Shown here in pieces: positions 9,551 through 21,140 of a DNA stretch of 64,000 nucleotides. Made by a program: the position numbers and the translations under genes. Origin of the DNA: an uncultured virus (IMG/VR IMGVR_UViG_3300017990_000011) (taxonomy: Duplodnaviria > Heunggongvirae > Uroviricota > Caudoviricetes); the IMG/VR virus record IMGVR_UViG_3300017990_000011. One strand, given 5' to 3'. Position 1 is the first letter of the stretch, and each line of letters opens with the position of its first letter. Below the pieces are notes generated by a model. It was not told where the DNA came from and did no database searches. It worked only from the letters and a program-made list of their open reading frames with translations.

Positions 9551-10788
9551 AAGATACCAGACTGTTATGGTTTTCTTACAATTAGTAGCGTAATTACAGG
9601 AGGTTAGTATGTTGAACACGTTGTTCGTAGTTTTGACGTACCTGCAGGCGAACACTAAGCCCAATGGTGGGGTGTATTACATAGAAGCCCATCTCATGGG
9701 AAAGTTAGCAAGTATGCTCAATTTTATGGACTATCTTTATGATGTGCCTTACCCCATGAGATCACCTGATTCAATGAGCAACGAGCGTCTGATAGCAGGT
9801 GGTCTTAAGGTAGGTAGGAATCTCAAGGGGTATTACATCAAGAATTATTCGGACTCAGATATCCAGTACCTAATTGATACTCTGTGGCCAAAAGGAGAGC
9901 CATGAAGAATCACATATCGTATCGTAAGATACACAAGATCACAACGGCTATATTAATACTGATTGGTATTGTGGTACTGTGTGCTGTTGACTGGGATAAG
10001 CCAGTGGAAGAGACAGCGTTGACCAAACCATCAGCGCCGGCGGGATTCAGGTTGGTACTCACAGTCAGCGAAGAGGAGGAAAGGCCATGACTATGTTCAG
10101 AGCCAAACTGATAGTGGTAGGGTCGCTGCTCATCGTGGCAGCATGGGGACTGTCAACTGTATTAGCATTGGTACCTTAGGAGGTGATAGGTGATACCCAA
10201 AGTTATAAGTGTACTCAGATGGCGTCAAGATGCTGAGAAGGGTGAGATGATAGAGCAGAAGGGCAAAGGATTAGAGTATTGTAAGACACATCTTATCCTA
10301 CCTGGGCACCCACTCACGCCACGTGAAATGAACAAGGTATGTCTGGCTGTTAACCTAGTACTCGCAACATGTGATAGTGAACTGCGTGTCAGACACAACA
10401 CGAAACGTTTTCTTCCAACAAAAGCAGCAGTATATAAAGGAGGTGAAGTAGAATGGTAGGCACATTTGGTATCGGCTGGGCAAACAGCGTCAAATCAGAT
10501 GTATCACCAGCCACAGACAATGAGATAGCAGATGCAATGTGTAAGATCAGGGCTTTAGCTAAGAAACCAGGTAACGAAGGAGCAGTTACTCTGTCATTAA
10601 GAAGAGAGGTTGCTGAGGCTGTGGAGAAAGGCATCAATGGTTATAAAGGACACAATACCAAAGCGTTGGCTAACTTCGCTGATGACCCAACGTATAGCAA
10701 GAAGAAAGGTTACTATGTGTCTGATCTGCTTGTGGCAAGAGACAGAACAAGACTGTTCGCTTATGTAGATAACTTTTAAGGAGGTGTC

Positions 10789-11349
10789 ATGCCAATTACA
10801 ATGTGCTTTACAGGGCACAGGAACATTGTTCCACTAGGACATACGGGTTCACCATGGCCCGATCAGAATTCTATCATCAAGAATTACCATGAGATATTCG
10901 TGGCTACATTGACAAACATTCTGCGCCAGCTGAATGAAGTCAACTACACTACGTTTATATCTGGTGGTGCTTTGGGCGCTGACCAACTGGCAGCCCAAGC
11001 AGTAATCAACCTGAAGAAAGAGGGCAGAGCAGCACATCTCATCATCGCCCGGCCGTTTCCAAGCCAAGCTAGTAAGTGGCCTGGCAAAAGCAGGGTGGAA
11101 CTGAAACGGATATGTGCTCTAGCAGATCAGGTTGTGGATGTATCGCCGGATCCATATTCACCAGCTAAGATGCAGGTGAGAAATGAATGGATGGTGAATA
11201 ATTCCAACACAGTGATGTCTATATGGAATGGAGCTAAACAAGGTGGTACATGGAACTGTATGAGATACGCCCTCGCTCAAGGTAAGGTGCCATGGGTTTT
11301 GAACCCCTTCACATTTGATTTAGGTCAATATAAGGAGGATTTAATATGA
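10789..11349 (+). CDS. SLOG superfamily protein (YspA/DUF1273-like)
   Basis: CFTGHR; FISGGALGADQLAA; MQVRNEWMVNNS; GGTWNCMRYA. Confidence 0.85.
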   Translation: MPITMCFTGHRNIVPLGHTGSPWPDQNSIIKNYHEIFVATLTNILRQLNEVNYTTFISGGALGADQLAAQAVINLKKEGRAAHLIIARPFPSQASKWPGKSRVELKRICALADQVVDVSPDPYSPAKMQVRNEWMVNNSNTVMSIWNGAKQGGTWNCMRYALAQGKVPWVLNPFTFDLGQYKEDLI

Positions 11350-11684
11350 ATTGGGCAGGAGATAGGGTATCGGCATTCATGCTCGGCGTGCTTTTCGGCG
11401 TCGTCGGAACAGTATTAATATGGGCGGTGTTCACACTGCCAACAGGAGGTGTATGATATGGTAGAACCAATCATTGCGATCAAAGGTAAGGAAGACAAAC
11501 TCGACAAGGCGATAGACATACTGGACGGATTGCGTAACGTCCTGGAAGTGGCCATGATAGGTGATGAGTATATGCAGTTCAGTAAGGCTCTGAACTTGTT
11601 GAACAAGGTGAAGGCTGAGCGTGATCAGATACTCACCATCACACCACGGATCAGTGTATCTGGCGAACTGTCAGGAGATTAACC

Positions 11685-11933
11685 ATGGCATATGTGTATA
11701 AGATAGGTTTTATATCGAGGCCGAGAGACGACCAGACACAGACACATGAGTCGACAACAGTTGCTGGTGTAGATGATAATCACGCTGAGTCAATACTGGA
11801 TCAGATGATTGAGCGACACATGGAAAAGTCTGATGTCCCATGTATCTACAAACGATTCGTAGAACGTAAGTCTAAGATCCTTGGGTACAGGTCATCAACA
11901 CCGAAGACAGGTAGATGTAAATCCATCTGGTAA
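11685..11933 (+). CDS. hypothetical protein with C-terminal GRCKSIW tag
   Basis: Ends PKTGRCKSIW-stop; SD AGGAG. Confidence 0.75.
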   Translation: MAYVYKIGFISRPRDDQTQTHESTTVAGVDDNHAESILDQMIERHMEKSDVPCIYKRFVERKSKILGYRSSTPKTGRCKSIW

Positions 11934-13005
11934 TTCTACGAAGGGTAGGAGGCGTGCATGAAACACGAGATGAAACAGATAGCCAAGCCCGTTGGCATAG
12001 TAAAGCGAGATGACGGGTCCATTGATCTAAAGGTACGCTCTACTATCTTTGATGAGACTGACCCTATAGCCAGGCGATACCCTACTGAGTGGGATCTGTC
12101 TAAAGAGATGCTTGACATCACAGATAAAGAACATATCAAGGCCCGACTTGGTTTGACTGACGAAACCTATCAGTACTGGATGGACCAGCTTAAATAGAGG
12201 TATACCATGAAAAAGAGAATTCATTGTCCATGGTGTTCAAGGAAGGTGCGTGTTAAGAAGGGGCGGCTTTCATCCCATGTGGACTACGGTGGGAAGAAAT
12301 GTATTGGCGTGGGACAGCCTGCCAGACGCATCAAGGAAATGATTAAAGTCAATGAAGAAAGGAGGAAACATGACGGACGGAATGTTGAGGGGCGAGGCGC
12401 TAAAAGAATACGAGGCGTTCGAGCATTTGTTCAGACTATACCAGCAGGACGCAATCGCAAACTTCCTGCTTAAATATCCAATGCTTAAGAAGTACAAGCA
12501 CAACCTCAGTTGTAGTAATGCTTTGATTGAATCTTCGCATGGTGTGGCATTGGAGCTGAAGTTTGATGGTGATGTAACTATGATACATGCCATAGCCATG
12601 GCTAAGACAGGCGACATGACTGAATGGAACCACAAACTGGGTGAGATGAAACAAGTACAAACACCAGGTCCGTTGGTCATTACAGTCAGACTACAGCTCG
12701 AACGTTTTTACTTCACGCCGTTAAGTGGCGAAATACTCACAATGTAGGAGGGATTATGATTATTAGCGACGGCTCTCATGTAGTTGAGATGCCAAAAGAC
12801 AGCAAGATGGTTAGCATCAAGGTACACTACGAATGCTTCGCAGAAATATGTGTGTTCGCCGATGATGTTGACACGGTTAAGGAATTCGCCAGAGGCAGAG
12901 AAGTTCGCATGCCTCTTCCTTTCAAAGGTCAAGACGGCAGCCAGAATCTGATACTCAAATCTGTTATGGTTGGTGGTGAAGAACTTGTGAAAGGAGGTGG
13001 ATGAT

Positions 13006-13815
13006 ATGAATAGGAAACCTGTTGATTGGTTTAACAGACGAATAGCTGAGGAATTCACTCGCATGTTTGCCAATGCTGCACACCGACAAGAGCGAGCGTT
13101 GAAGAATGAAGGTGCTGGTGAAAGAGGTAGCAAGAATGGATCCTTTCCCTTTATTCCTATGGGTACACAATCCGTAGCCAAAGATTTCGTGCTGACTGCT
13201 GACTTAATCCGCCAGAAGTCACGTAAATACTGTGAACAACCAACTCACTGGATGTACAACAAAACATCATACCAACTGACGTTCCTTGATGCTGGTTGTG
13301 GCATAGGCAACATAATGCTGATAGCCAACATGTTCGGTCTCGGTGGTGAACAGCATGGTATAGAGTATGACAAGAAGACCATCGATGCAGCACACAAGTT
13401 CCTGCGCACATACAGTGACCGCAACAATTTTGTCATACACCACGGTGATATACTCACCTTCCCGAACTACAAGGACTATGACATAATCTATTACTACTGT
13501 CCCTTCAGTAGCTACCTTCTACAGGCTTTCTTTGAGGAACGGCTTGAAGATGAGGTGAAGGTTGGTACCATCATCATGCCATATCTTAAACGGAGCGATG
13601 TGGTAAGGAAGGACAGTCGATTCAAACGACTAACAACGAGGAGGAATTATCCCAAAGTTTTACTCAAGGTCAGAGATGGCGAGAGAAAGCATAGTGTCCT
13701 ACCTGCGATGATGAAGGACCCAGACAGGTGGACTAACCTCAAGATGCCGAAGCATTATAAGAAGATGGTAACCCAGCGTCTCAAGGATATGGAGGAACGT
13801 GGATGTTTTTCATAA
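13006..13815 (+). CDS. class I SAM-dependent methyltransferase
   Basis: Motif I FLDAGCGIGN; GIEYD; GDIL; DIIYYYCPF. Confidence 0.85.
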   Translation: MNRKPVDWFNRRIAEEFTRMFANAAHRQERALKNEGAGERGSKNGSFPFIPMGTQSVAKDFVLTADLIRQKSRKYCEQPTHWMYNKTSYQLTFLDAGCGIGNIMLIANMFGLGGEQHGIEYDKKTIDAAHKFLRTYSDRNNFVIHHGDILTFPNYKDYDIIYYYCPFSSYLLQAFFEERLEDEVKVGTIIMPYLKRSDVVRKDSRFKRLTTRRNYPKVLLKVRDGERKHSVLPAMMKDPDRWTNLKMPKHYKKMVTQRLKDMEERGCFS

Positions 13816-14329
13816 CGAGAGTGTGCTGTCACTGCGACAAAGAGATGGGCACCATACCAACAGAGGTGAAACCTAAACCAGGTCTGGATAAATCACATGG
13901 TATATGTGATGACTGCATGCAGACCTATTATCCTAATGTCAATAGGCAGTCGGATGATACACCAAAGATTATTAAGGAAGGGGGTGTTTGTAATGAGTGA
14001 CGAAGCCAGTCACATCTACGTGTTCAAAGTAGATGAGCGGCATTTTACTACAACTGGTATCGCTATATTTGCAGCGGATACAAAAGAAGAAGCACGATCC
14101 ATGTTCTACGGCCTGAAGTGGAAGGACGTCAGGAATGCTAGCGTATCCACCGATACCGATAATGATCCGTTCGTGGATCAGAAGTACATCAAAATTCTGT
14201 TTCATCCACCATCCACCATCAACAGGTTCATGACTACTGTTTGGTGCCTGGAGTATGAATTCTTCCTTCGCGTGCCAGTTGCGAAGGGACTCAAAACTAT
14301 AGCTTATAGCAGTTAATAGGAGGTAGTTT

Positions 14330-14770
14330 ATGGCAAAGGAACTAACGCCGGAGGAATTCTCCGAAAAGTATGATGAACTGTATCAGCAAGCATTAGCGGT
14401 GTTTGCGGAGTATAATCCATGCAAGATAGAGGATTGCAGCGATGGTGAGCATAAGACATGCGCACGTGGTAGATTACATGATCGCGAATCCTTCTGCTGT
14501 TATGGGTGTGAGCACCTGTCAGATGATGGTTGCACCGTGGAATGTCTGTGGTGTAAGCTGTGGTTCTGTCAGGGGCCGCCCAACTCACAGTATGATAAGT
14601 ACCGTGGGAAACTTCTTAATGTACCCTATGAATTCTTTACCAAACTGGGAGCACTGAGGGTAGAAGCAGAGGGCTTGGGTATGATTGCTTATAGGTGTTC
14701 CAAGGAACGATTAATGGAGGAACGTTATGGAACTATGGACAGCGCAGTTCGGGTACTCAGGGCCGGATAG
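14330..14770 (+). CDS. Cys-rich metal-binding hypothetical protein
   Basis: FCCYGCEHL...GCTVECLWCKLWFC. Confidence 0.6.
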   Translation: MAKELTPEEFSEKYDELYQQALAVFAEYNPCKIEDCSDGEHKTCARGRLHDRESFCCYGCEHLSDDGCTVECLWCKLWFCQGPPNSQYDKYRGKLLNVPYEFFTKLGALRVEAEGLGMIAYRCSKERLMEERYGTMDSAVRVLRAG

Positions 14771-15119
14771 GCTTGATGTCACATACAAGACGCATGAAGC
14801 CATCAGAGTGGCCGGTGGCGGTGAACTGAAGCTGAACTTTGAAGCCAGATGGGTAGCACCTACCAAAGAGATGGTACATGGCTACAAGTATGGTTGGCCT
14901 GAGCTTGATCAAGAGGGCAAGGAAATCAGATACGTGTACATGTATCACAAGATCATGGAAAAAGCTTGGGAAGACCATCTCATGGACATGTATAATGTTG
15001 TCCAGAACTGGCCAGAGATGACCATTGTCTGCTACTGCAAATCGGGCGAATTCTGTCATCGATTGCTGCTTGTTGAGTATATGAGGCAACTAGGCGCCAT
15101 TTATATGGGCGAAAGGTAG
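14727..15119 (+). CDS. DUF488-like protein
   Basis: WVAPTKEM...IVCYCKSGEFCHRLLLVEYM resembles the DUF488 C-x(n)-CHR signature. Confidence 0.6.
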   Translation: MELWTAQFGYSGPDRLDVTYKTHEAIRVAGGGELKLNFEARWVAPTKEMVHGYKYGWPELDQEGKEIRYVYMYHKIMEKAWEDHLMDMYNVVQNWPEMTIVCYCKSGEFCHRLLLVEYMRQLGAIYMGER

Positions 15120-16677
15120 GATTATGGATCGATTGACAAAGAGGGCGCTAGCTGTGTTAGAGAACGTAGCGCAAATGCAGGCTAATGCAACACCAGCCAG
15201 TGCAGCTAGATTGGCAGCACTAATACCAGCATTCAAAGAGCTGCCATGGGATAATATCCACACTGTTAGAGTAAAGTGGGATATGATAGCAGATGACCTC
15301 GTGCCAACACTGGAAGTGGTGATGAAAGGGGACTTACCCTAACGGATGGGGTCCAAATGAGCGCTGGGGCGCGCGTGTAGGCGTCTAACCGACTGTTTCT
15401 GCTGAGCATACTGCTGATATTGGTATCGTGGTCGGTATGTTCAGTAGGAGCAGAACTAAAATGAGGAAAAGGAGAAGAGTGTATGAATATTATAGACAAG
15501 GCACAGGTACTGTTCAACCTCTGTATGGATAAGTTCGCAGATTGGTTGTTCAAACCGAAACCTTTTAAACCTGTTCCAGCCAGGAACAATTGGAATGGTG
15601 TACCTAAACCAGGTCTTACATGGGATGAAGTGCGCAAAGGCGCTGAGGCTATAGCACCTATCATACCGATGACCTGGGAAGTGGAACCAAGCGAATGTCC
15701 AGTGTGTAATGGCCCACTTGAGAAGTATAAGTCTGACTGGTGGGAGATTGAAGACAGCGGTCAGTATGCGGTGATAGGGTTGTACTGTAAAGAAGGGCAT
15801 TGGACACACTTAGACTGGATGTAATAGGGAGGTGCTATGGGTAAACGAACAAGGGCTCTTGAAAAACTAATGGAAGCCCACAACAATGCTATGAAGCGTG
15901 CACTTAGGTGGGCCCGCAATCATGGAGCAGAGGTAGATAAGTATGATATAGAACGTGTTGGTAGGAATACTCACGTAAAATTCTGCATCTACCATGCGAA
16001 TGATACGATTGAGGTGGGGTCCTTATTTGCTGATAAAGAAGATAACATGTGGTCTATGTATTCGGAAGAGGACTTTACCTTCAAGGTGCATAATGAGAAT
16101 GTTTCAATGTTTCTCAAGCACGTAAGCAATCATCGATCGATAGGTAAAGGACGCATCGATCCTAAGATCGAAATAGATACAGACGTCGGCAATCAGTATG
16201 TCATGCATAAGAGGCTGGAAATAGGCGGCTTCAATGACTATTCGTATACAAACATCAGACTAACGTTCCACATATACCATATAAAGGAGGTATTCTAAGT
16301 ATGCCAGACAAAGAAAGTAAATGGTTGGTGGTGTGGTATGACTGCTGTGAAGACCCTGATATGGACGATGAAGGTTCATATGCAGTGCGTATCAATGGCG
16401 ATATAATAAATAAACTCTATCTGGATTTTAAGTATGTTAACTTCCCATACAAAGGTAAGGTTGATGAGTGGAAGAGGCAATACTGGGCAGGTGTAGGGTT
16501 ACCACTGGATACATCAACTTCCAAGCTACAAGATTTTTACGGCGATGAAAAGACTATTGCCGAGCTGCCGGACATTACTGAGTATGTTATTAATACTGAA
16601 ATAAGTGATGTTGAACGTAAACTACGTAATAATGTAGCAAGATTGAAAGAACTCAAGGATTCGAAGGAGGTGCTCTA

Positions 16678-17172
16678 ATGTTTCTGATTAATGATTACAC
16701 ACCTATGACCATACCGGAACAACTGGAATTCAGGCCTGTAATCGAAGATGGTAAACACGTCACTAATTTGGACGGCGAAAAGAAGTTTCAATTATTCATC
16801 AACGGTGAGCCAGTCAAATGTATATGCCAGCACATGGACTCATGCACATGGCCGCCTGATGATTACATCCTACCGGAAAGTAGGGTACAAGACATTAAAG
16901 ATGGTTTCGCCAGCCTTACCGAGGAATTTCCATTTAAGATTAGGAACTTCTCATATAACGGTTTCTTTGGGCGAACAGAAGAAGGATACGCACCATATCG
17001 AGCGCAATTCCTTCGGTGGTCAGGCGACCCAGGTGTTGCAGTAATGTCTTGTTCAGATGGGGAGGATAGGTTTATACCTACCTACGCATTGGAAGGCCCA
17101 CACTTGGCTATACCACCAGATAACACAGCATTTGAGGACAAGCTGATGTTTGGTTATGCGTCAACGTCATAA
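16678..17172 (+). CDS. hypothetical protein
   Basis: SD GGAGGT; start overlaps the upstream stop. Confidence 0.6.
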   Translation: MFLINDYTPMTIPEQLEFRPVIEDGKHVTNLDGEKKFQLFINGEPVKCICQHMDSCTWPPDDYILPESRVQDIKDGFASLTEEFPFKIRNFSYNGFFGRTEEGYAPYRAQFLRWSGDPGVAVMSCSDGEDRFIPTYALEGPHLAIPPDNTAFEDKLMFGYASTS

Positions 17173-17181
17173 GGAGGAACT

Positions 17182-17643
17182 ATGCACAAAGATACACAAA
17201 TTAAACTTAGAATGCTAATGACTGGCATACTATGGTTCCTCATTGGTATTGGAGTCACTATCTGTTTCGTATTGTTTGCTGACAAGGTTTGGGCTACTGG
17301 GCCATTAGTATCCGACGATCACAACACACTTACAGTAAAGGCAAAGAATGGATATTATTGGATGGTCTCGGTGGATGGTTCTGAGCCGATGCGAATCGAT
17401 GCTATCAGGGATACAGAAAAGAACGAAGGTAAATTAGAACTCGATATACGTGGGATACTATCCTCTCCTGGTCAGCATACAGTAAAGATAGATGTATACA
17501 ACTACTATGGTACACCAGCGAGGGTTACTCCTGTCGTGGTATTCGATGTATTTGAAGATGGAACATTCACGTACAGGAATAGCCCTCTATATTTGGACAT
17601 GAAACCCAGACGCATAACAGACCTGATAGAAAAGGAGGAGTGA
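17182..17643 (+). CDS. membrane-anchored beta-rich protein
   Basis: N-terminal TM helix followed by a beta-rich region (PGQHTVKIDVYN). Confidence 0.55.
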   Translation: MHKDTQIKLRMLMTGILWFLIGIGVTICFVLFADKVWATGPLVSDDHNTLTVKAKNGYYWMVSVDGSEPMRIDAIRDTEKNEGKLELDIRGILSSPGQHTVKIDVYNYYGTPARVTPVVVFDVFEDGTFTYRNSPLYLDMKPRRITDLIEKEE

Positions 17644-18184
17644 TGTTTGAAGCCAAAGGAGAAAGGATTGAGGTGATAGTAATCAAGGACTTTCCTAAGC
17701 CACATGGCAGAGAGTTCATTTCTATCTATGAGAGTGAGAGTGGACACACCACACTCAAGACATCCAGCAAGGAGTTGACCGACCATTTGGTTGTGACACT
17801 AAGAGGCTCCAATGTAAACATGTTCGCTGAACAGATAGACTCTATAGTAGTGCCAACCAAGTACTATCATAGTAGAATAAAGCCACCCATTATGGCTAGG
17901 TATAACTGCTACTCCTCTTCTGAAATACCGAGCCCAGTTGTCAGTAGTGCGCCGATTAAAATTGTGCCAGAATACTCCAAGAATTCGATACAAATGCCTG
18001 ATGATGGACTGAAGGTGACATTCAACTACTCACCGTCTAAAATTATACCGAGGCGTAGAGCAACACTGACCATTGGATATGGGGACGATACTATCACCAT
18101 TCCAGCCACAAAGACAGACCTCAAACATTTCATAGTTGGACTTAAGGATTGTATACGTCTCATTCTTAATATCGAGAGGTAAGT

Positions 18185-18511
18185 ATGGTTATCAGCTCTA
18201 ACAAGAAAATTCTCTACTTTTCATTAACTACACAGGACTTCGAAACATTCGATAAGTATGATCTATTCATGGATAACATCATGGATGCTACCTACTCCAA
18301 AGCCTTGTTCATGCTCACCAAGTATACTAAGCACAGGGATAAGATGATAGAAGTAATGAGGGGAGTAGATAAATCCAGAGATGTGCGTGCTTTGTCAATA
18401 AAGGTAACTGGTATGAATGGTACGTTGGCTATAACCAATAATGCTTACAATGCATATAACAGTGAGAAAGAAACTTACAGCTCTAAAGGAAGGTGCAAAA
18501 GCATCTGGTAA
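18185..18511 (+). CDS. hypothetical protein with C-terminal GRCKSIW tag
   Basis: Ends SSKGRCKSIW-stop. Confidence 0.75.
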   Translation: MVISSNKKILYFSLTTQDFETFDKYDLFMDNIMDATYSKALFMLTKYTKHRDKMIEVMRGVDKSRDVRALSIKVTGMNGTLAITNNAYNAYNSEKETYSSKGRCKSIW

Positions 18512-18520
18512 GGAGGTACG

Positions 18521-19339
18521 ATGGCAGGGGAGAAGAAAAAGAAACTGATTGAGGTACAAGGGAATAGCAACTATAATCTAACGGGAGTTATTAATTTTTC
18601 TTATGTGTCCTCACCAGCTGATGGTAGACGACAGCTGAGTTCCTTTTATACATGTCGTGATTATTTGAGTGATGACTTATTATCACGCTACGGGGCCAAA
18701 GGCAGAACTGGTTCAGGTTCCATAGACACAACACGTTTGAGGTTATTAATAGGTGTAGGCCTAACAGACGACACCGCTGAAGAGTGGAAACAGTCTCTCT
18801 ATGATGCTAAGCGTATCATCAACATCTATGAAGAGGTAGCTGGCTTCAGTCGTACCTCTGTTCTTACTCGTGTGAACTACATGTATAACGGGAAGAAGTC
18901 AAGCAATGTCAAACATTGCTGGTTGTTGACTGGGCCTGAGGAATGGATGCGGTACTCTCAGTTAGTGTCTATGGTGACTTTGATACTCCGTACTGTCACC
19001 AGGTACAAACAAGCCAGTGAAGTGGAAACTATCGAGCAGGTCGAAGAATACTGGCAGAGATTGATCAAAGAATCCAATGCTAATGGTGCTAAGCCTGGCC
19101 TTAGACACGCAGATACATCAGACTATCTACCTCGTTGTTGGCAGAAATTCCACATGATGATGAGGTGGTTTGATAAGATCTTTACCTTGTCAGGTGAGAA
19201 AGCACATAAAGACGCAAGAAACTGGCATTCAAGGGGTGGTATCAATTCTCTTTGTACATTCAATACTGGTTTAAGACAGATAGACGAACCGATGCGGGAG
19301 GCATGGGAAGAATGGCGAAAGAAATACCCAAATACATAG
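18521..19339 (+). CDS. uncharacterised protein, paralogue of 59035 and 59839
   Basis: Shared FSYVSSP, CRDYL, WLLTGP..W...QLVSM.T.ILR and GGI.SL blocks. Confidence 0.75.
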   Translation: MAGEKKKKLIEVQGNSNYNLTGVINFSYVSSPADGRRQLSSFYTCRDYLSDDLLSRYGAKGRTGSGSIDTTRLRLLIGVGLTDDTAEEWKQSLYDAKRIINIYEEVAGFSRTSVLTRVNYMYNGKKSSNVKHCWLLTGPEEWMRYSQLVSMVTLILRTVTRYKQASEVETIEQVEEYWQRLIKESNANGAKPGLRHADTSDYLPRCWQKFHMMMRWFDKIFTLSGEKAHKDARNWHSRGGINSLCTFNTGLRQIDEPMREAWEEWRKKYPNT

Positions 19340-19590
19340 ATGAAATCACAATACACATGACATTTGAAGACGCAAACGCATGGGCTGCTCTAGATAGAAT
19401 GGACTTCGATACCACATTCATGGCTTTTAAGGGATGGTTCGGAGATAATGAGGAAGCGCAATCTAAACTTAAGAATGCTGGTAAGATGATACTCATCAAC
19501 GACGCCAATGGTGATGCATCGGTTAAGGTCCACCCAAACTATGTCATCTATGGTGAGTCCAAGACTGGTAGATGTAAGTCCATCTGGTAA
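19312..19590 (+). CDS. hypothetical protein with C-terminal GRCKSIW tag
   Basis: Ends SKTGRCKSIW-stop; start uncertain (19303 or 19312). Confidence 0.7.
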   Translation: MAKEIPKYIDEITIHMTFEDANAWAALDRMDFDTTFMAFKGWFGDNEEAQSKLKNAGKMILINDANGDASVKVHPNYVIYGESKTGRCKSIW

Positions 19591-20052
19591 GGAGGAACAT
19601 GCGACGTATAAGACGCAATGATAAACGTAAGAAATGCAAGCGATGTGGTTCCTCGATAAAACGGAGACTATGGGTATGGCCCATCGGTTGTATAAACTCT
19701 GAATGTAATAATTATTATAGGAGGAAAACTACATGACGCACTTTGTGCGTCGTATCGATTTCAGGAGGAAATCAATATGTTATTCAAGGATTTTCAACAG
19801 GATGATGCGCCGGATAGAACCTATAGATGTGAAAGCTGTGAACGTACATTCCATGCAGTGGACATAGTATTAGTCAACCCACCGAAATCTTTTGTGACGC
19901 CTCCAAATGGCTTTCGCTTTGTCAACAAATATGGACGGGTTCGTGGTGGGACTAAGCCACCCAACGCTGGTATTGATGATAAAGTATACGGTTGTCCTTT
20001 CTGTTTACACCCACACATGGGCGCGATGTCAGCCATATAGCAGGAGTATAGT

Positions 20053-20325
20053 ATGCCTTTCGCCAATACACTTACATTTGATAATGCCAAGGTAGGCATG
20101 CGTGTTATGTTGGTGTCTGATCAAGGGGGAGACTATGATATCGGCGAGTCCAATCCCCTTATCGACACTGAATATGAATGCGAAGGTGTGATTGAAGAAA
20201 TAGAACCTGGTGTTGAGATATGTGTTGAATGGGATAACGGATCCCACAATATTTATTTATCAGGGGACTTAGTTTCTCTTAATGATATGGACAGACCAGA
20301 TGGTAAGTGCGTATCCATTTGGTAA
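20053..20325 (+). CDS. Mib/HERC2-like (SH3-like) small protein with C-terminal GKCVSIW tag
   Basis: KVGMRV...EGVI...VEWDNGSHNIY; paralogue of 46488. Confidence 0.6.
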   Translation: MPFANTLTFDNAKVGMRVMLVSDQGGDYDIGESNPLIDTEYECEGVIEEIEPGVEICVEWDNGSHNIYLSGDLVSLNDMDRPDGKCVSIW

Positions 20326-20345
20326 GGAGTCAAAAGGAGATCAAT

Positions 20346-20957
20346 ATGGTAAAATATAGTAGAGGTGCGACTGCGAACATAGATGACGTAGTCAAAAGGA
20401 TGAACATCCAACAGACAAGAGGCGGACAATACTTAGGTGCTATAGAGAATGCTAAGACCGGCACCGTACATGCTATCATAAATCCACAACTTGCTACGTA
20501 TTACGGTAATGGTACTGGTATCGAGTTACAGTGTTGTAGTGTGATAGCCAACTTGAAAGAGTACGGCACGACCACAGGTCTTCATACACGACCCAAATAT
20601 CGAGTATGCAGTAGCCCATTTGCTGTCAACTGTAAGTCCTGTCTCAAACGTAAAATATCACTGAACAACGGGCAAACAACTACCATCAAGAGAGAACTAT
20701 ATGTACTTCAGCGGGGTTTGGTGTACGAAACACCAGCAGACCCTATCAACGATGTGGTTCTTGTAATGCATGGAGAGGTTGAGTGTCGTGCATCAGGTGT
20801 CGAAGGTGTATTAGAGTACCTCAACGAATTTGGACACCATCCTACTGAAATAATAGAGAACTTTAAAGATGGTACGTTCGGGATCTTTTCACTGACCGAA
20901 CTGCAAGTGAGGGTCAAGACTGAAACTAAGATCATAGGACTGGAGGTGAAAGAATGA
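20346..20957 (+). CDS. hypothetical protein with H...C...CxxC zinc-finger-like domain
   Basis: TVHAI...QCCS...VNCKSCL; SD AAGGAG. Confidence 0.6.
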   Translation: MVKYSRGATANIDDVVKRMNIQQTRGGQYLGAIENAKTGTVHAIINPQLATYYGNGTGIELQCCSVIANLKEYGTTTGLHTRPKYRVCSSPFAVNCKSCLKRKISLNNGQTTTIKRELYVLQRGLVYETPADPINDVVLVMHGEVECRASGVEGVLEYLNEFGHHPTEIIENFKDGTFGIFSLTELQVRVKTETKIIGLEVKE

Positions 20958-21140
20958 AGACATTGGCAGATATATTGAGAACATTAGGTGCACAACAAGT
21001 AGACCCAGACATACCTACTGGCGCTTATCCACAAATCAATCCATTCACTGGCAACCCTATGGCCGGCGGTTTCTATCTTGACGGCGGTGTTTGCCCTGTG
21101 TATGAGGAGTATGAACAAATAAATAAAGGAGGTGACAATC

